DNA of 64,000 nt, taken from NCBI GenBank assembly GCA_030059675.1, contig JANVYQ010000001.1, forward strand, positions 288,001-352,000, read 5' to 3'. This document shows positions 39,983-50,016 of this stretch, piece by piece. Under the pieces are notes generated by a model. The model was not told where the DNA came from, did no database searches, and saw only the letters and a program-made list of their open reading frames with translations. Source of the DNA: Candidatus Pelearchaeum maunauluense. Its GTDB lineage: Archaea > Thermoproteota > Nitrososphaeria_A > Caldarchaeales > Caldarchaeaceae. How positions within the stretch are numbered: the first letter of the stretch is position 1; each line of letters starts with the position of its first letter. The position numbers were made by a program, and so were the translations under genes.

Positions 39983-40738
39983 TTAGGTAATTCTCCACCT
40001 AGTATTTCTTAGTAGTACTGCTATTGCTATCGTTGATTGTATTGCCGCTGCTGTCCATAGGAGTATCCACTCCTGCTGCGCTGCTGTTACCGCTCCTATT
40101 GCTATATGTACCAGCCTGGCTGCCGTGGCTGTGGGGATTATGTAGGCTACTCCGCGTAGAGCTTCGGGCAGGAGCTCCAAGGGGTAGAAGACTGGCGGCA
40201 GGACGGAGACAAGCCCAGTTATTATCGGCGACCACGTCCATAAATCCCTCAAATCGCGGACGAGTGTTGAGATTATGTATCCGAGAACGGAGAATGTTAT
40301 CCAGACTGTTATGAGCGAGAAGATTATCGTGAAGAATAGTAGGGGTGTGAGTAGTGTGAGCGCGGTTGTTATGACTAGGAAGGTCGCTACACCTGGGGCT
40401 GCTGAGAGCTGGTTGGCCAGGGCTAGGCCTATGACATATGTCAACGGCCTTACTGGCGATGCTACATACATCTCGTGGAGCTTCAGCACTATGCGGTTGA
40501 ATGCTGCTTCTGTCTCCATGGAGACGCTGGCCGTTACTGTAACCATGACGAACCCCCCTGCTAGGGCGTAGCCCACGCTCCCGCTTCCGCCGTAGAGGTA
40601 GATGAAGAAGAGGAAAGCGAGCGGTGCTAGCGCGTAGTGGAATGACCAGTATATGTTTCGTCTTAGTGGGGCTATTCCGTAGAACCATGCGATTGCCGCC
40701 ACGCCTACTATGGAGCGGCGTATCTCTTCTGTTCTCAA
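39983..40738 (-). CDS. ABC-2 type exporter permease
   Basis: About 6 TM; ASPV and PPVFYPLELLP motifs. Confidence 0.85.
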   Translation of the reverse strand: MRTEEIRRSIVGVAAIAWFYGIAPLRRNIYWSFHYALAPLAFLFFIYLYGGSGSVGYALAGGFVMVTVTASVSMETEAAFNRIVLKLHEMYVASPVRPLTYVIGLALANQLSAAPGVATFLVITTALTLLTPLLFFTIIFSLITVWITFSVLGYIISTLVRDLRDLWTWSPIITGLVSVLPPVFYPLELLPEALRGVAYIIPTATAARLVHIAIGAVTAAQQEWILLWTAAAIQSTIAIAVLLRNTRWRIT

Positions 40739-41661
40739 CTCTCCAGCCCCTCGCCGACTAGGGATACGAAGACATCCTCCAGGGTTACTCTGCTCACCGA
40801 GGCTCTGGCTCCGCGCTCTAATGCTAGCCCAACCACCTCGCGGGCGTGTGAGTCGTCAACATACACGCGCACGGTCTCGCCTAGTCTAACCACCTTGCCG
40901 TAGCGGTTAAGCTCCTCCAGCGTGAGGGAGCCTCCTATCACCTCAACACGCGCCGAGGAGTGTAGTAGGCTGCGCACCTCATCAACGCCGCCGCGGGCAA
41001 CTATCCTGCCCCTGTCAATTATCGCGACGGCATCCGAGAGTGTTTCGGCCTCCTCCATATAGTGGGTTGTTAGTATGACTGTCCGCCCCTCCTCGTGCGT
41101 CAGCGTTCTGATAACGTCCCATATCTTGATGCGGGTAATCGCGTCAAGCCCTATCGTGGGCTCATCTAGGAAGAGTAGCTCGGCATCGGTCGCGAGGGCT
41201 GTTGCTACCAGCGTTCTCTGGCGTAGGCCGCCTGAGAGCTGTGAGCATAGCGTGTTAGCATATCCCCCTAGCTCCAGCACGTCTAGGATTTGCTTGGTTC
41301 TGCGCCGTGCTTCCCACAGCCCCATACCACGCGCTATCAAGTAGTGGTAGACGTGCTCGTATGGTGTGTTGAGCAGCGCTGGCCTGCCTTCTTGGGGGAC
41401 TACCGCTATACGCCGCCTAATCTTATCGGCCTCCGTTATCACGTCGTATCCTAGAACCTCTATCCTCCCAGCGCTGGGCATCAGCTGCGTTGACGCTATT
41501 TTGACGAATGTCGTCTTCCCAGCGCCGTTTCTGCCCAGTAGGGAGAAGATACGGCCAGCTCTTATCTCCAGCGATACTCCGTCAAGCGCCACTACGCCGC
41601 CGCTGTAAATCTTCCTCAAACCCTCAGCAGCAACAGCCACGCCGTCAAGCGACAAGAGCAC
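40735..41661 (-). CDS. ABC exporter ATPase (DrrA-like)
   Basis: GRNGAGKTT, LSGGLRQR, FLDEPTIGLD, TTHYMEEAE. Confidence 0.92.
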   Translation of the reverse strand: MLLSLDGVAVAAEGLRKIYSGGVVALDGVSLEIRAGRIFSLLGRNGAGKTTFVKIASTQLMPSAGRIEVLGYDVITEADKIRRRIAVVPQEGRPALLNTPYEHVYHYLIARGMGLWEARRRTKQILDVLELGGYANTLCSQLSGGLRQRTLVATALATDAELLFLDEPTIGLDAITRIKIWDVIRTLTHEEGRTVILTTHYMEEAETLSDAVAIIDRGRIVARGGVDEVRSLLHSSARVEVIGGSLTLEELNRYGKVVRLGETVRVYVDDSHAREVVGLALERGARASVSRVTLEDVFVSLVGEGLES

Positions 41662-41775
41662 TATCCCTCAACTACCGCTAATGCTTATGATGATTTCCCA
41701 TGCTATATAGCTATCCCAGTCAAAACACTGTAATTTACGTGGGTTTTGGTAATACCTGAGTATGGGTATTTGAGC

Positions 41776-44037
41776 CTATCTCCTGCGCAGGCCGTTGAAT
41801 ATGTCCTCGGCGGTTATCGGTATGCGCCTAGCCCTGAAGCCTGTTGCGTGGTATATTGCGTTTGCTATGGCCGCTGGTGGGGGGACTATAGGAGCCTCGC
41901 CAGCCCCCTTGGCGCCATAAGGCCCAGAGCCCGTGAAGTCCTCCACCAGCACTATGTCTATCTTCGGCACCTCCACTGCGGAGGGGATTAGGTAGTCCAT
42001 TAGGGTTGGGTTGAGCATGACGCCCTCCTCGCTTACCTTCATCTCCTCATATAGCGCGAAGCCTATCCCCTGAGCCACGCCTCCAGTTATCTGTCCAGCC
42101 AAGCCATCAACATTAAGCGCCTTCCCAGAGTTCTGGCCAGCGACATAGCGCAGAATCCTCACAGAGCCAGTTTCCTCATCAACCTCAACCAACGCGGCGT
42201 GGGCTGTGTAGGTTGGGTCTATGAGCGATGGGACATAGAAGAACCCGCTTATGGCGCTGCTATCATAGGGCGGGAAGCTCGTCACGTATGAGCCGCGGCC
42301 TTCTATCTCCTCCCCCGCGTAGTGCGCTTTCTCCACAATCTCCGCTATGGTGAGCGCCCTATCCACCGAACCCTTAACATATACCGCGTTATCTCTTATC
42401 TCCAGGTCTTCAGGCCGCGCTTCCAATAGCTTGGCCGCGGCCTCAAGAAGCTTCTGCCTCGCCTGGCGTGCAGCTATCATCACTGCATTACCCGCGCAGT
42501 ATGTTGTGCTACTTCCCTGAGCGCCGTCATTATAGGGCGAGGCCTCGGTATCGCTGGAAACCAGAGTAATCTTCTCTGGTGGGACGCCCAGCTCCCTGGA
42601 GACTATCAAGGGGAGGCCAGCGTACATGGCGCCTGTTCCAGAGTCCGCCGCTCCCGCGATTACTGTGACCGAGCCGTCCTCGTTTATCTTAACTATAGCC
42701 GAGCTGGGGTGCATGGCCGCGGTGAGTGTTATCCCGCATGCTACTCCTATTCCCTGGTTCTTTCCCAGCTGAGCGCCCCAGCCTATAGTCTCAGCTACGC
42801 GGCGCAGCGTCTCGCGTAGGCCTACGTTCTCAAGCCTCTGTCCCCAAGGTGCGATGTAGCCGTCATCCCACACGTTCCTCATCCTAAGCTCCAGCGCGTC
42901 CATACCCAGCTCCTCCGCTATATGCTCCATATGCGACTCAAGCGCGAACGTCGCCTGCGGCGCGCTCACGCTCCTAAAAGCGCCGCACCGCTGCTTGTTG
43001 GTATAAACCGCGTACCCCTCAGCATAGACGTGCTCCACCTTATACGTGCCCGCCGCTATGAGCAGCGCTATATTCACATCAACGGGGCCGTCTCCAGCGT
43101 ATGCTCCAACGTCCATCAAGACCTTGATATACCTCGCTAGCAGGGTGCCGTCCTTCTTTACGCCTGTCTTGAGCTGTATCCGCAGCGGTGTCTGGGGCGC
43201 TCCGCCGAGCATCTCCTCCATCCTACTATACACCATCTTGACTGGCCTCCCCGTCTTCATAGCCAAGACGATACAATAGGGCTCTATTATTGCGCGGAGC
43301 TTAGCGCCGAATCCGCCGCCTGTCTTGGTTCCTATAACCCTAATCCTACTCGCGGGCAGATCAAGGAGCTGGGCTATGTCAGACCTTATGTTGTATGGTG
43401 ATTGTGTGCTTGTCCAGACCGTTATGAAGGGGCCTGGCTCCACCTTCGCTACCGCCGCGTGCGGCTCTAGGTAGAGCTGGCTGACCATCCCGCCTTCAAA
43501 CTCGTCCTCCACCACTAGGTCTGCTTCGCGCATTCCTGCTTCCACGTCGCCGCGCCTGAGTATGCTGTAGCTGCATACGTTGCGCATCCCTAGGCTCTCG
43601 TCTGGGGCATATGGTGATTTCTCCTCATGTATCAGGATGTCCGAGTTGAGGGCCTCGTCTATCGTTGTGATTACGGGGAGCGGCTCATACTCCACCTCAA
43701 CCAGCGCGGCCGCCTCCTCCGCTGTTGCCTCATCCTCGGCAGCCACCGCAGCGATAGGCTCGCCCACGTAGCGCACCTTATCACGCGCAAAGAGTGATTG
43801 GTCAAGTATGGGCGGCCAAAACCTCTTGTCAGGCACGTCGGCCGCGGTGATTACGGCCTTAACACCAGGCAGGGAAGCGGCCTTACTAACGTCAATACTC
43901 CTAATCTTGGCATGAGCATAGCTACTCCTCACGAGCTTGCCATGAAGCATGCCTGGGATGCTAATATCAGTCCCGAACTGCGCCTTGCCCGTGACTAGCG
44001 CCTGACCGTCAAGCCTCACAGCACGTTGGGCTGACAC
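41776..44037 (-). CDS. Xanthine dehydrogenase/aldehyde oxidoreductase family molybdopterin large subunit
   Basis: RSSYAHA, TQSP, GGGFGAK, AFRS, GQITGGVAQGIG, GAKGAGE. Confidence 0.92.
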   Translation of the reverse strand: MSAQRAVRLDGQALVTGKAQFGTDISIPGMLHGKLVRSSYAHAKIRSIDVSKAASLPGVKAVITAADVPDKRFWPPILDQSLFARDKVRYVGEPIAAVAAEDEATAEEAAALVEVEYEPLPVITTIDEALNSDILIHEEKSPYAPDESLGMRNVCSYSILRRGDVEAGMREADLVVEDEFEGGMVSQLYLEPHAAVAKVEPGPFITVWTSTQSPYNIRSDIAQLLDLPASRIRVIGTKTGGGFGAKLRAIIEPYCIVLAMKTGRPVKMVYSRMEEMLGGAPQTPLRIQLKTGVKKDGTLLARYIKVLMDVGAYAGDGPVDVNIALLIAAGTYKVEHVYAEGYAVYTNKQRCGAFRSVSAPQATFALESHMEHIAEELGMDALELRMRNVWDDGYIAPWGQRLENVGLRETLRRVAETIGWGAQLGKNQGIGVACGITLTAAMHPSSAIVKINEDGSVTVIAGAADSGTGAMYAGLPLIVSRELGVPPEKITLVSSDTEASPYNDGAQGSSTTYCAGNAVMIAARQARQKLLEAAAKLLEARPEDLEIRDNAVYVKGSVDRALTIAEIVEKAHYAGEEIEGRGSYVTSFPPYDSSAISGFFYVPSLIDPTYTAHAALVEVDEETGSVRILRYVAGQNSGKALNVDGLAGQITGGVAQGIGFALYEEMKVSEEGVMLNPTLMDYLIPSAVEVPKIDIVLVEDFTGSGPYGAKGAGEAPIVPPPAAIANAIYHATGFRARRIPITAEDIFNGLRRR

Positions 44038-44176
44038 ATACCTTCACCTATGCGATTATATGTAGCGGCAAAACTTCATTAAGCGACTCTTATAAACCTT
44101 CCAAATAACTCAAAGAAAACCACCGCTTTAGGTGAAAAGGTATATACAACCAAGCCAGTCTCCGAAAAACGCTGAT

Positions 44177-44578
44177 ATGAGCAACCCTGTTGATGAGATT
44201 AAATCCAGAATCCTAGCCGTGCCTGAGGCGCTTAAACAACGCGACGCAGACACAATACTACGCATCTACGATGCTGACGACCCGCGCTTCACGGCTTTTG
44301 AAGACCACCCACCATATCACAGGATTGACGGCCAGGCGTTCAAGAGGTTTGTGAATGAGGTTATAGGGAAGCTGGAGGAGCTCCGCATAGACCGAAAAGA
44401 CATACGCATAGATGTCTTTGATGGTTTTGCAGTAGCTACGGGTGTTGACGAGTGGTCGGCGAAGATAGAAGGCCAGGCGTTGTCTGGTGTCTCTAGATTC
44501 ACGCTGGTTTTCCGTAAGACCAGCGATGGCTGGCGCGTGGTGCATGAGCATTTCAGCATCGTTCCCAGCGGGAGTTGA
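44177..44578 (+). CDS. SnoaL/NTF2-like protein
   Basis: RFTLVFRK..DGWRVVHEHFS. Confidence 0.82.
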   Translation: MSNPVDEIKSRILAVPEALKQRDADTILRIYDADDPRFTAFEDHPPYHRIDGQAFKRFVNEVIGKLEELRIDRKDIRIDVFDGFAVATGVDEWSAKIEGQALSGVSRFTLVFRKTSDGWRVVHEHFSIVPSGS

Positions 44579-45624
44579 AGAAGGCTATGCGCGTGGGTAT
44601 AGCTTTTAGCGGCACACCCTTCTCAGCCGATGTTGTGGCAGAGCTCGTTAGATACGCTGAGCGCAGAGGTTTCCACTCAGCATGGTTCGCGGAAGACTAC
44701 TTCCTCCGCGACGCAATAACCATGATGAGCCTCTGCGCAGCGCATACCAAGAAGATTAAAATCGGGACAGGAATCATCAACCCATACACACGACACCCAA
44801 TACTAATAGCAGAGACAATAGCAACGCTTGATGAAGCATCACGCGGCAGGGCATTCCTAGCCCTGGGTACTGGAGTGGGGCCTCTCATAGAGCAGATGGG
44901 CATATCGTTCACGAAGCCTCTCAAAGCGATTAGTGAGGGTGTGCAGATAATTAGGAATGCCCTGGCTGGTGGTGAGGTGTTTTTTGACGGTGAGGTCTTC
45001 AAGGTCAGGGGCGTTAGGCTCGGCTCAAACCCCTACCTAGAGCCGCTGGGAGAGTTCAAGCCACGGCGTAGAGCTGTTCCGATATACATCGCCGCCATAG
45101 GCCCTAGGATGCTCCAGCTCGCGGGGCGCCTGGGCGATGGTGTCCTCCTCACCGCTGGATGCGCCGCGCAGTATGTCAGGAACATGGTGGTTGAAAACGT
45201 AGCCAAGGGAGCCGAGGAATCAGGTAGAAACACCAAAGACATAGACATAACAGCCTACCTGCTCACAAGCGTTGAGCCGACAGCGGCGGAGAAACACATA
45301 CTAAAGTTGTTCATAGCGTTTGAGCTCAGCTACGCTTCGCCAGAGTATCTTAAAGCTTCGGAGGCTGATGAAACGCTTGCCGAGTCTGTGCGCTCAACGC
45401 TCCAGAGCGAGGGACTTGCTGCAGCGGCGGCCAAGATTGACGACGAAACACTAAGACGATTCACCGCCTATGGAAAGCCGCGCGAGATAGGTGAAAGGAT
45501 AAGAGAATACATAGAAGCAGGCCTGAAGACACCCTCAATACTTCCGATAGCCAAGCAGCCGCAGCGGGTTAAGCGGGTGATAGACGTGGTGGCGCGCGAA
45601 GCCATCGGAGGAAGGCGTAGATAG
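44575..45624 (+). CDS. LLM-class (Mer-like, probably F420-dependent) oxidoreductase
   Basis: GFHSAWFAEDY, GTGIINPYTRHP, LDEASRGR, IYIAAIGPRMLQLAG..GDG. Confidence 0.88.
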   Translation: MKKAMRVGIAFSGTPFSADVVAELVRYAERRGFHSAWFAEDYFLRDAITMMSLCAAHTKKIKIGTGIINPYTRHPILIAETIATLDEASRGRAFLALGTGVGPLIEQMGISFTKPLKAISEGVQIIRNALAGGEVFFDGEVFKVRGVRLGSNPYLEPLGEFKPRRRAVPIYIAAIGPRMLQLAGRLGDGVLLTAGCAAQYVRNMVVENVAKGAEESGRNTKDIDITAYLLTSVEPTAAEKHILKLFIAFELSYASPEYLKASEADETLAESVRSTLQSEGLAAAAAKIDDETLRRFTAYGKPREIGERIREYIEAGLKTPSILPIAKQPQRVKRVIDVVAREAIGGRRR

Positions 45625-45679
45625 TGTCTTTCGTAAAATTTGATAAGTTATCGCTCCATGTTTATGGCTGAGTGGGACG

Positions 45680-46432
45680 ATGGCGGGGGATGACGGAATC
45701 CTGAACGAGACGCTAGGGCTCATAGACGCTGCCCAGCAGCGCGGGCTGACGCTCCGCCTACTGGGAGGAGCTGGAATAAGATGCCACTGCAACAAATACT
45801 CAGACTTCTACAGGGCGCTCGGCAGGGTAATCCACGACATAGACATCATAACCTACGGAAAACAGAAGAACGCGATAAACTCCTTCCTCATGGAGCAGGG
45901 CTTCAAGAAACGCCCCCTCACACTCACCGCAGCATACTCATACCGCGAAATCTTCTACAAAGGAGAATTCGTCTTTGACATATTCTTTGACAAGCTCCAG
46001 ATGAATCACACGATAGACTTCCGCAACAGGCTTGAGATGGACTTCCCCACAATACCACTCGCAGAGCTCCTCCTACAAAAAGTGCAGATAGTCCAGCTCA
46101 CCGAAAACGACCTAAAGGACATAGTCGTCCTGCTCCTAGAGCATGAGCTGGGTAATGACGATAACGATAAGATAAACGTGGAGCGTATATCCAGCATCCT
46201 AGCGGATGACTGGGGCTTCTACTACACCGTCATAACAAACCTTAGGAAGGTTAAGGAGCTTGCGCCGAAGGTGGTTGAGATGCCCGAAGAGGGCTGGAGG
46301 GTGGTTTATGATAAGATTGATAGACTAATTGAAGCTATTGAGGGCTATCCGAAGACTATGGGATGGAAGCTCCGCGCAAAGATAGGGACGCATAAGAAAT
46401 GGTATAAGGAGGTTGAGCGTTTTGAGGTCTAG
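45680..46432 (+). CDS. Uncharacterised Pol-beta-superfamily nucleotidyltransferase
   Basis: LRLLGGAGI...HDIDI (GG plus DxD), FDIFFD, LLLQKVQIV..TENDLKD. Confidence 0.65.
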   Translation: MAGDDGILNETLGLIDAAQQRGLTLRLLGGAGIRCHCNKYSDFYRALGRVIHDIDIITYGKQKNAINSFLMEQGFKKRPLTLTAAYSYREIFYKGEFVFDIFFDKLQMNHTIDFRNRLEMDFPTIPLAELLLQKVQIVQLTENDLKDIVVLLLEHELGNDDNDKINVERISSILADDWGFYYTVITNLRKVKELAPKVVEMPEEGWRVVYDKIDRLIEAIEGYPKTMGWKLRAKIGTHKKWYKEVERFEV

Positions 46433-46499
46433 GAGGGCAGGGGAGGCGCGGGGGTGATGTGGCTTCGCCCGCTGGAGAGACCAGATAACGAGATATGAC

Positions 46500-47213
46500 G
46501 TGGAAGACCCAGAGCTCTTCGCCTCGCTGATAGTGCTGCTTGATGGTTATCGCTCACTGAATTATGCAGACCCGCGCCGTATTGAGAGTTTAATCCAGCA
46601 GGGGAGGCTGGGTAAGCGTCTCCGCGAGGATTGGTGGGAGATAAGGAAGATATTGAATAAGCTTGCAGCGCTCCCCAGCAATCTCCACTACCTCACCACC
46701 CTCGCCAAGATACAAAACTATCTACGAGCCATGAGCCAGCTAATCTCGGCGGCAGTCCTGCTCATAGTGGCGGCGTTCTTCTTCTTTTACTGGGGAAGAA
46801 ATCCAGAAGCAGCAAAGCAGATAACAGACATACTCACGTATATCGCCCCGCCGCTCATAGCAATGCTGGCGATAGCAAAGATAGCGCCTTTCATCATAAG
46901 CTCTAAAATCTCAAAAGCTCTGGAGAGCTACAGGAGGGAGAACCTGGAGCGTTTCGTGGAGCTTGAGAACCGCATCAAGGTTATCGTCCAGCAGCTTATT
47001 GACAGTCTATCATATGAGACGATGAAGCGCAAACGCGCAGCTGAGAAGAGGAGGAATCCCCAGCAAGAGGAAGAAGGAAGAATAAGCGAGGAGAGGCGAT
47101 GGCTGGAGCTGAAGTTTGACCTCATGAACATAGACTATAGGGGGATAAAGGTGGTCAAATGGCCTGGGAGGATAAAGAAATACTATACAGTTATGATAGA
47201 TGTGGGTGATTAG
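46500..47213 (+). CDS. Hypothetical 2-TM membrane protein
   Basis: Two central hydrophobic helices flanked by charged soluble regions. Confidence 0.6.
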   Translation: MEDPELFASLIVLLDGYRSLNYADPRRIESLIQQGRLGKRLREDWWEIRKILNKLAALPSNLHYLTTLAKIQNYLRAMSQLISAAVLLIVAAFFFFYWGRNPEAAKQITDILTYIAPPLIAMLAIAKIAPFIISSKISKALESYRRENLERFVELENRIKVIVQQLIDSLSYETMKRKRAAEKRRNPQQEEEGRISEERRWLELKFDLMNIDYRGIKVVKWPGRIKKYYTVMIDVGD

Positions 47214-48154
47214 GCGTCTATCTTCCAGAAGTCCAGCTTCTCACCCTCACGCGGCAGGTCTATGAAATATCCCCGTAGTATTCCCTGCTGGTATTCCGAG
47301 CCTGGGTTCAGGCAGAGCGTTCTCCCCAGCTTCATATGCCCAGGAGACTCGTGTATATGGCCATGCAGGCTGAGAAGGGGCTGGTAGCGTAGTATAAGCT
47401 CGCGCACCGCCTTACCGCCTACATGCGTCATAACAACCATACCCCACTTCGTAATGGGCTTGAGATTCTCATCCAACTTAGGCGCTCTATCAAGAACTGT
47501 ATCGTAGGGCGGCTCATGGAAATTACATACCAGGCGGTCGTAATCATCAGTCCTGCTGAACTCGCGCTCAAGCATGGCGCGCATCTCCTCCTCACTACAC
47601 TCGCGGTGAGTATTCCAAGGAGAGGGAGTAGACCAAGAGCATGAAATCATCCTATACCTATCGTCAAGCTCCACGAGCTTCCCCTCTGGGAAGATAACCC
47701 TACCGCTCTCCTCTATCACCCTATCAACCTCAAACACATCATCATTACCAGGAAGCATGACCACCTTCACACTCTCAGGAATCCTTTCTCTGATTATCTC
47801 TATCCACTCCTCAATCTTCTGAAGAGCCAACGTCTTGAAGAGCTCGTCCATCTTCTTCTTGTCGTTCATGAACTCATCAACCTCCGATTTTGTCATCTTC
47901 TTCACATAGTAGCCGCGCGAGCTGAGCTCCTTTGCTACAGCCTCAACCTCCTGCCGCGTGGTTAGATGCAGCTCCTGGCCGAGAGCCCTGACATACCAGC
48001 CGTTGCCCTGATTAACGATGGGGACTATCGCCTTCCCAGTAAGGTCTCCACCTATGATTATGACATCAGCCTTATACTTCATAGCCGCGTTTAACGCCTT
48101 CTTGAAGACCGCGTCGGCTGCATGGACGTCTGCCACGAAGAATAGCCTAGTCAA
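47210..48154 (-). CDS. Calcineurin-like metallophosphoesterase (Icc-related)
   Basis: DVH, GGDLTGK, PGNDD, HEPP, LHGHIHES, NPGSEY. Confidence 0.88.
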   Translation of the reverse strand: MTRLFFVADVHAADAVFKKALNAAMKYKADVIIIGGDLTGKAIVPIVNQGNGWYVRALGQELHLTTRQEVEAVAKELSSRGYYVKKMTKSEVDEFMNDKKKMDELFKTLALQKIEEWIEIIRERIPESVKVVMLPGNDDVFEVDRVIEESGRVIFPEGKLVELDDRYRMISCSWSTPSPWNTHRECSEEEMRAMLEREFSRTDDYDRLVCNFHEPPYDTVLDRAPKLDENLKPITKWGMVVMTHVGGKAVRELILRYQPLLSLHGHIHESPGHMKLGRTLCLNPGSEYQQGILRGYFIDLPREGEKLDFWKIDA

Positions 48155-48225
48155 TCCCTCATCCCTCTCTACACAACTAGCTGGGGTGGAGGGTTCTAAA
48201 ATAAATTGGGGAGGTGGTTGCCGCT

Positions 48226-49809
48226 TTACTCAGGCGGTATCTCGGCGTAGATATCCCTCGGCGATATGCCGCGCTTCATATTCTTCTGCGCGTAGTAGAA
48301 GTAGATTATCGCACCCAGAGTGTAGATGACGCCTATCATGGCGGCGCTGTAGACGGGGTTCGCTGGCAGCGTGGCGAGCAGATACAGGAACAGCCCAGCG
48401 GAGAACGCTCCGAGTATCGTCATCAAGGGTATGCCCGCAATCTCAATCGTTATTCCGCTCCTATAGATCTCAGGCCTCGTGTAGGGCAGCTCTATCTCAG
48501 CCAAGTGCTGGAAGAGCCTAGCCAATCCATACACGAAGGTAATGCCGAAGACTATCGCCGAGACGGTCTCCACATACGCTCCAGAGAGGATGGACGTGCT
48601 GAGCGTCACGAGGAACCAATACGTGCTCCCGACCCATGGGCTGTGGAATCTCGGATGCACGCGGGCGAAGATTTCTGGTCCCATCCTATCCATGGCCATG
48701 GCGAAGAGAGGCCGCGAGGTGAAGTTCTCATTAACCACAACGTCTGCGAAGTTGCCCCATTGTGGGCCGAAGGCTACGAGGAGGGCGAGGGGCAGTGAGC
48801 CTGCCGCAATCACCGTGGCGAAGAGCGACAGGTCTATGGGCAGGACTGGTGTTAGCGTGAGCTGACCAGCCAGGTCTGGGTTGCTCGTAACGAAAGCATA
48901 GGCGTTGCCGAATGTTCCGAAGAGCCTCATGTAGTTGAAGGCCGTCAGGGTGTTGACCACCATGAGTATGGCCGCGCCGCCCATCATGCTGAGCGGTATG
49001 TTTCTCCTGGGCTTCTCAACCTCGCCCACAACGGGCATCAGGGTATAAGGCCAGGTGTTGGATACTGGTAGTAGCAACGCGGCCAGCGTAGGCTCCCACG
49101 ATATTGTCGGAGGTGTGAAGCCGCCTGCCTGAGCCACGCGGAGAACCTCATCATACGCACCCGCGCCGAAGGTCGCGTCCCACCTCGCGCGCACCACATC
49201 AGGCGAGGCGGATGCCAACAAGCCATTAATGAGCAGTATAGTCAAGAAAGAGCCAGCGCCCCAGAAGAGAACCCACCTAGCCATTATCCGCGGACCAAGG
49301 ACGTTCACCACCCATCCGACGAAGTTGAAGAAGATAGCCAGAGCCACGAGGTTCCACGGGTTGGCGGATAATGCCTGGCCCATATTGACTAGCCCTTGGT
49401 CTCCAGCCAGTCTTCCCACTGTTGAGAACATTGATGCGATGGCTCCTGCTGCTATGAATGCTGTAACTCCTCGTTGGACTGGGTTGGTTATGAATGAGCG
49501 TGTTGCTTCCATGATTCCCAGCAGGGGCGATACAGCTCTGGAGACTGGGATGTAGATTGAGCCTGACCTGGGCATAGCTACGTAGCAGAGAGCCATCGCG
49601 GTTACTTCTAGGAGGACTATCGCCCCGCCCACGAAGTAGATGAAGGGTAGGTTGACGCCTGGGAACCATGTTGGGATGGCCGTGAAGAGGTAGTAGTGCC
49701 ACGGTATGAAGCTTACGCCAAGTCCCCAGAATAGTGCAGGCCACGTGGATATGGCTCTCGTCAGCCCTGAAGCCTGTCTGACGAAAAGTAGAGGCTTCTC
49801 GTCTGCCAT
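48226..49809 (-). CDS. APC-superfamily permease
   Basis: FVRQASGLTR, AMPRSG, GEVEKP, SRPLFAMAMDR..P, EIPPE; about 12 TM. Confidence 0.88.
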   Translation of the reverse strand: MADEKPLLFVRQASGLTRAISTWPALFWGLGVSFIPWHYYLFTAIPTWFPGVNLPFIYFVGGAIVLLEVTAMALCYVAMPRSGSIYIPVSRAVSPLLGIMEATRSFITNPVQRGVTAFIAAGAIASMFSTVGRLAGDQGLVNMGQALSANPWNLVALAIFFNFVGWVVNVLGPRIMARWVLFWGAGSFLTILLINGLLASASPDVVRARWDATFGAGAYDEVLRVAQAGGFTPPTISWEPTLAALLLPVSNTWPYTLMPVVGEVEKPRRNIPLSMMGGAAILMVVNTLTAFNYMRLFGTFGNAYAFVTSNPDLAGQLTLTPVLPIDLSLFATVIAAGSLPLALLVAFGPQWGNFADVVVNENFTSRPLFAMAMDRMGPEIFARVHPRFHSPWVGSTYWFLVTLSTSILSGAYVETVSAIVFGITFVYGLARLFQHLAEIELPYTRPEIYRSGITIEIAGIPLMTILGAFSAGLFLYLLATLPANPVYSAAMIGVIYTLGAIIYFYYAQKNMKRGISPRDIYAEIPPE

Positions 49810-50016
49810 ATTTCCTTACCTGCGGCCGCCTCAAATTTTTTACACGCAGATAAAGCTTTCGGAATTAACTTAAAAGCTTCAGCCAAGATGATTAACATAC
49901 TAATTATTCTTTATGCCCTACATGTAATCATCGTTTAAGAAGTTTTACTCTCCAAGCCGTTATAAACCCTTGAGGTGAAAAACTTACATGACGACTATTA
50001 GCACTTCCCTCTTGTC

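Noticed and set aside
41776-44037. Aerobic CO dehydrogenase CoxL
   Set aside because: Lacks the AYRCSFR or AYRGAGR loop and has no coxMS neighbours
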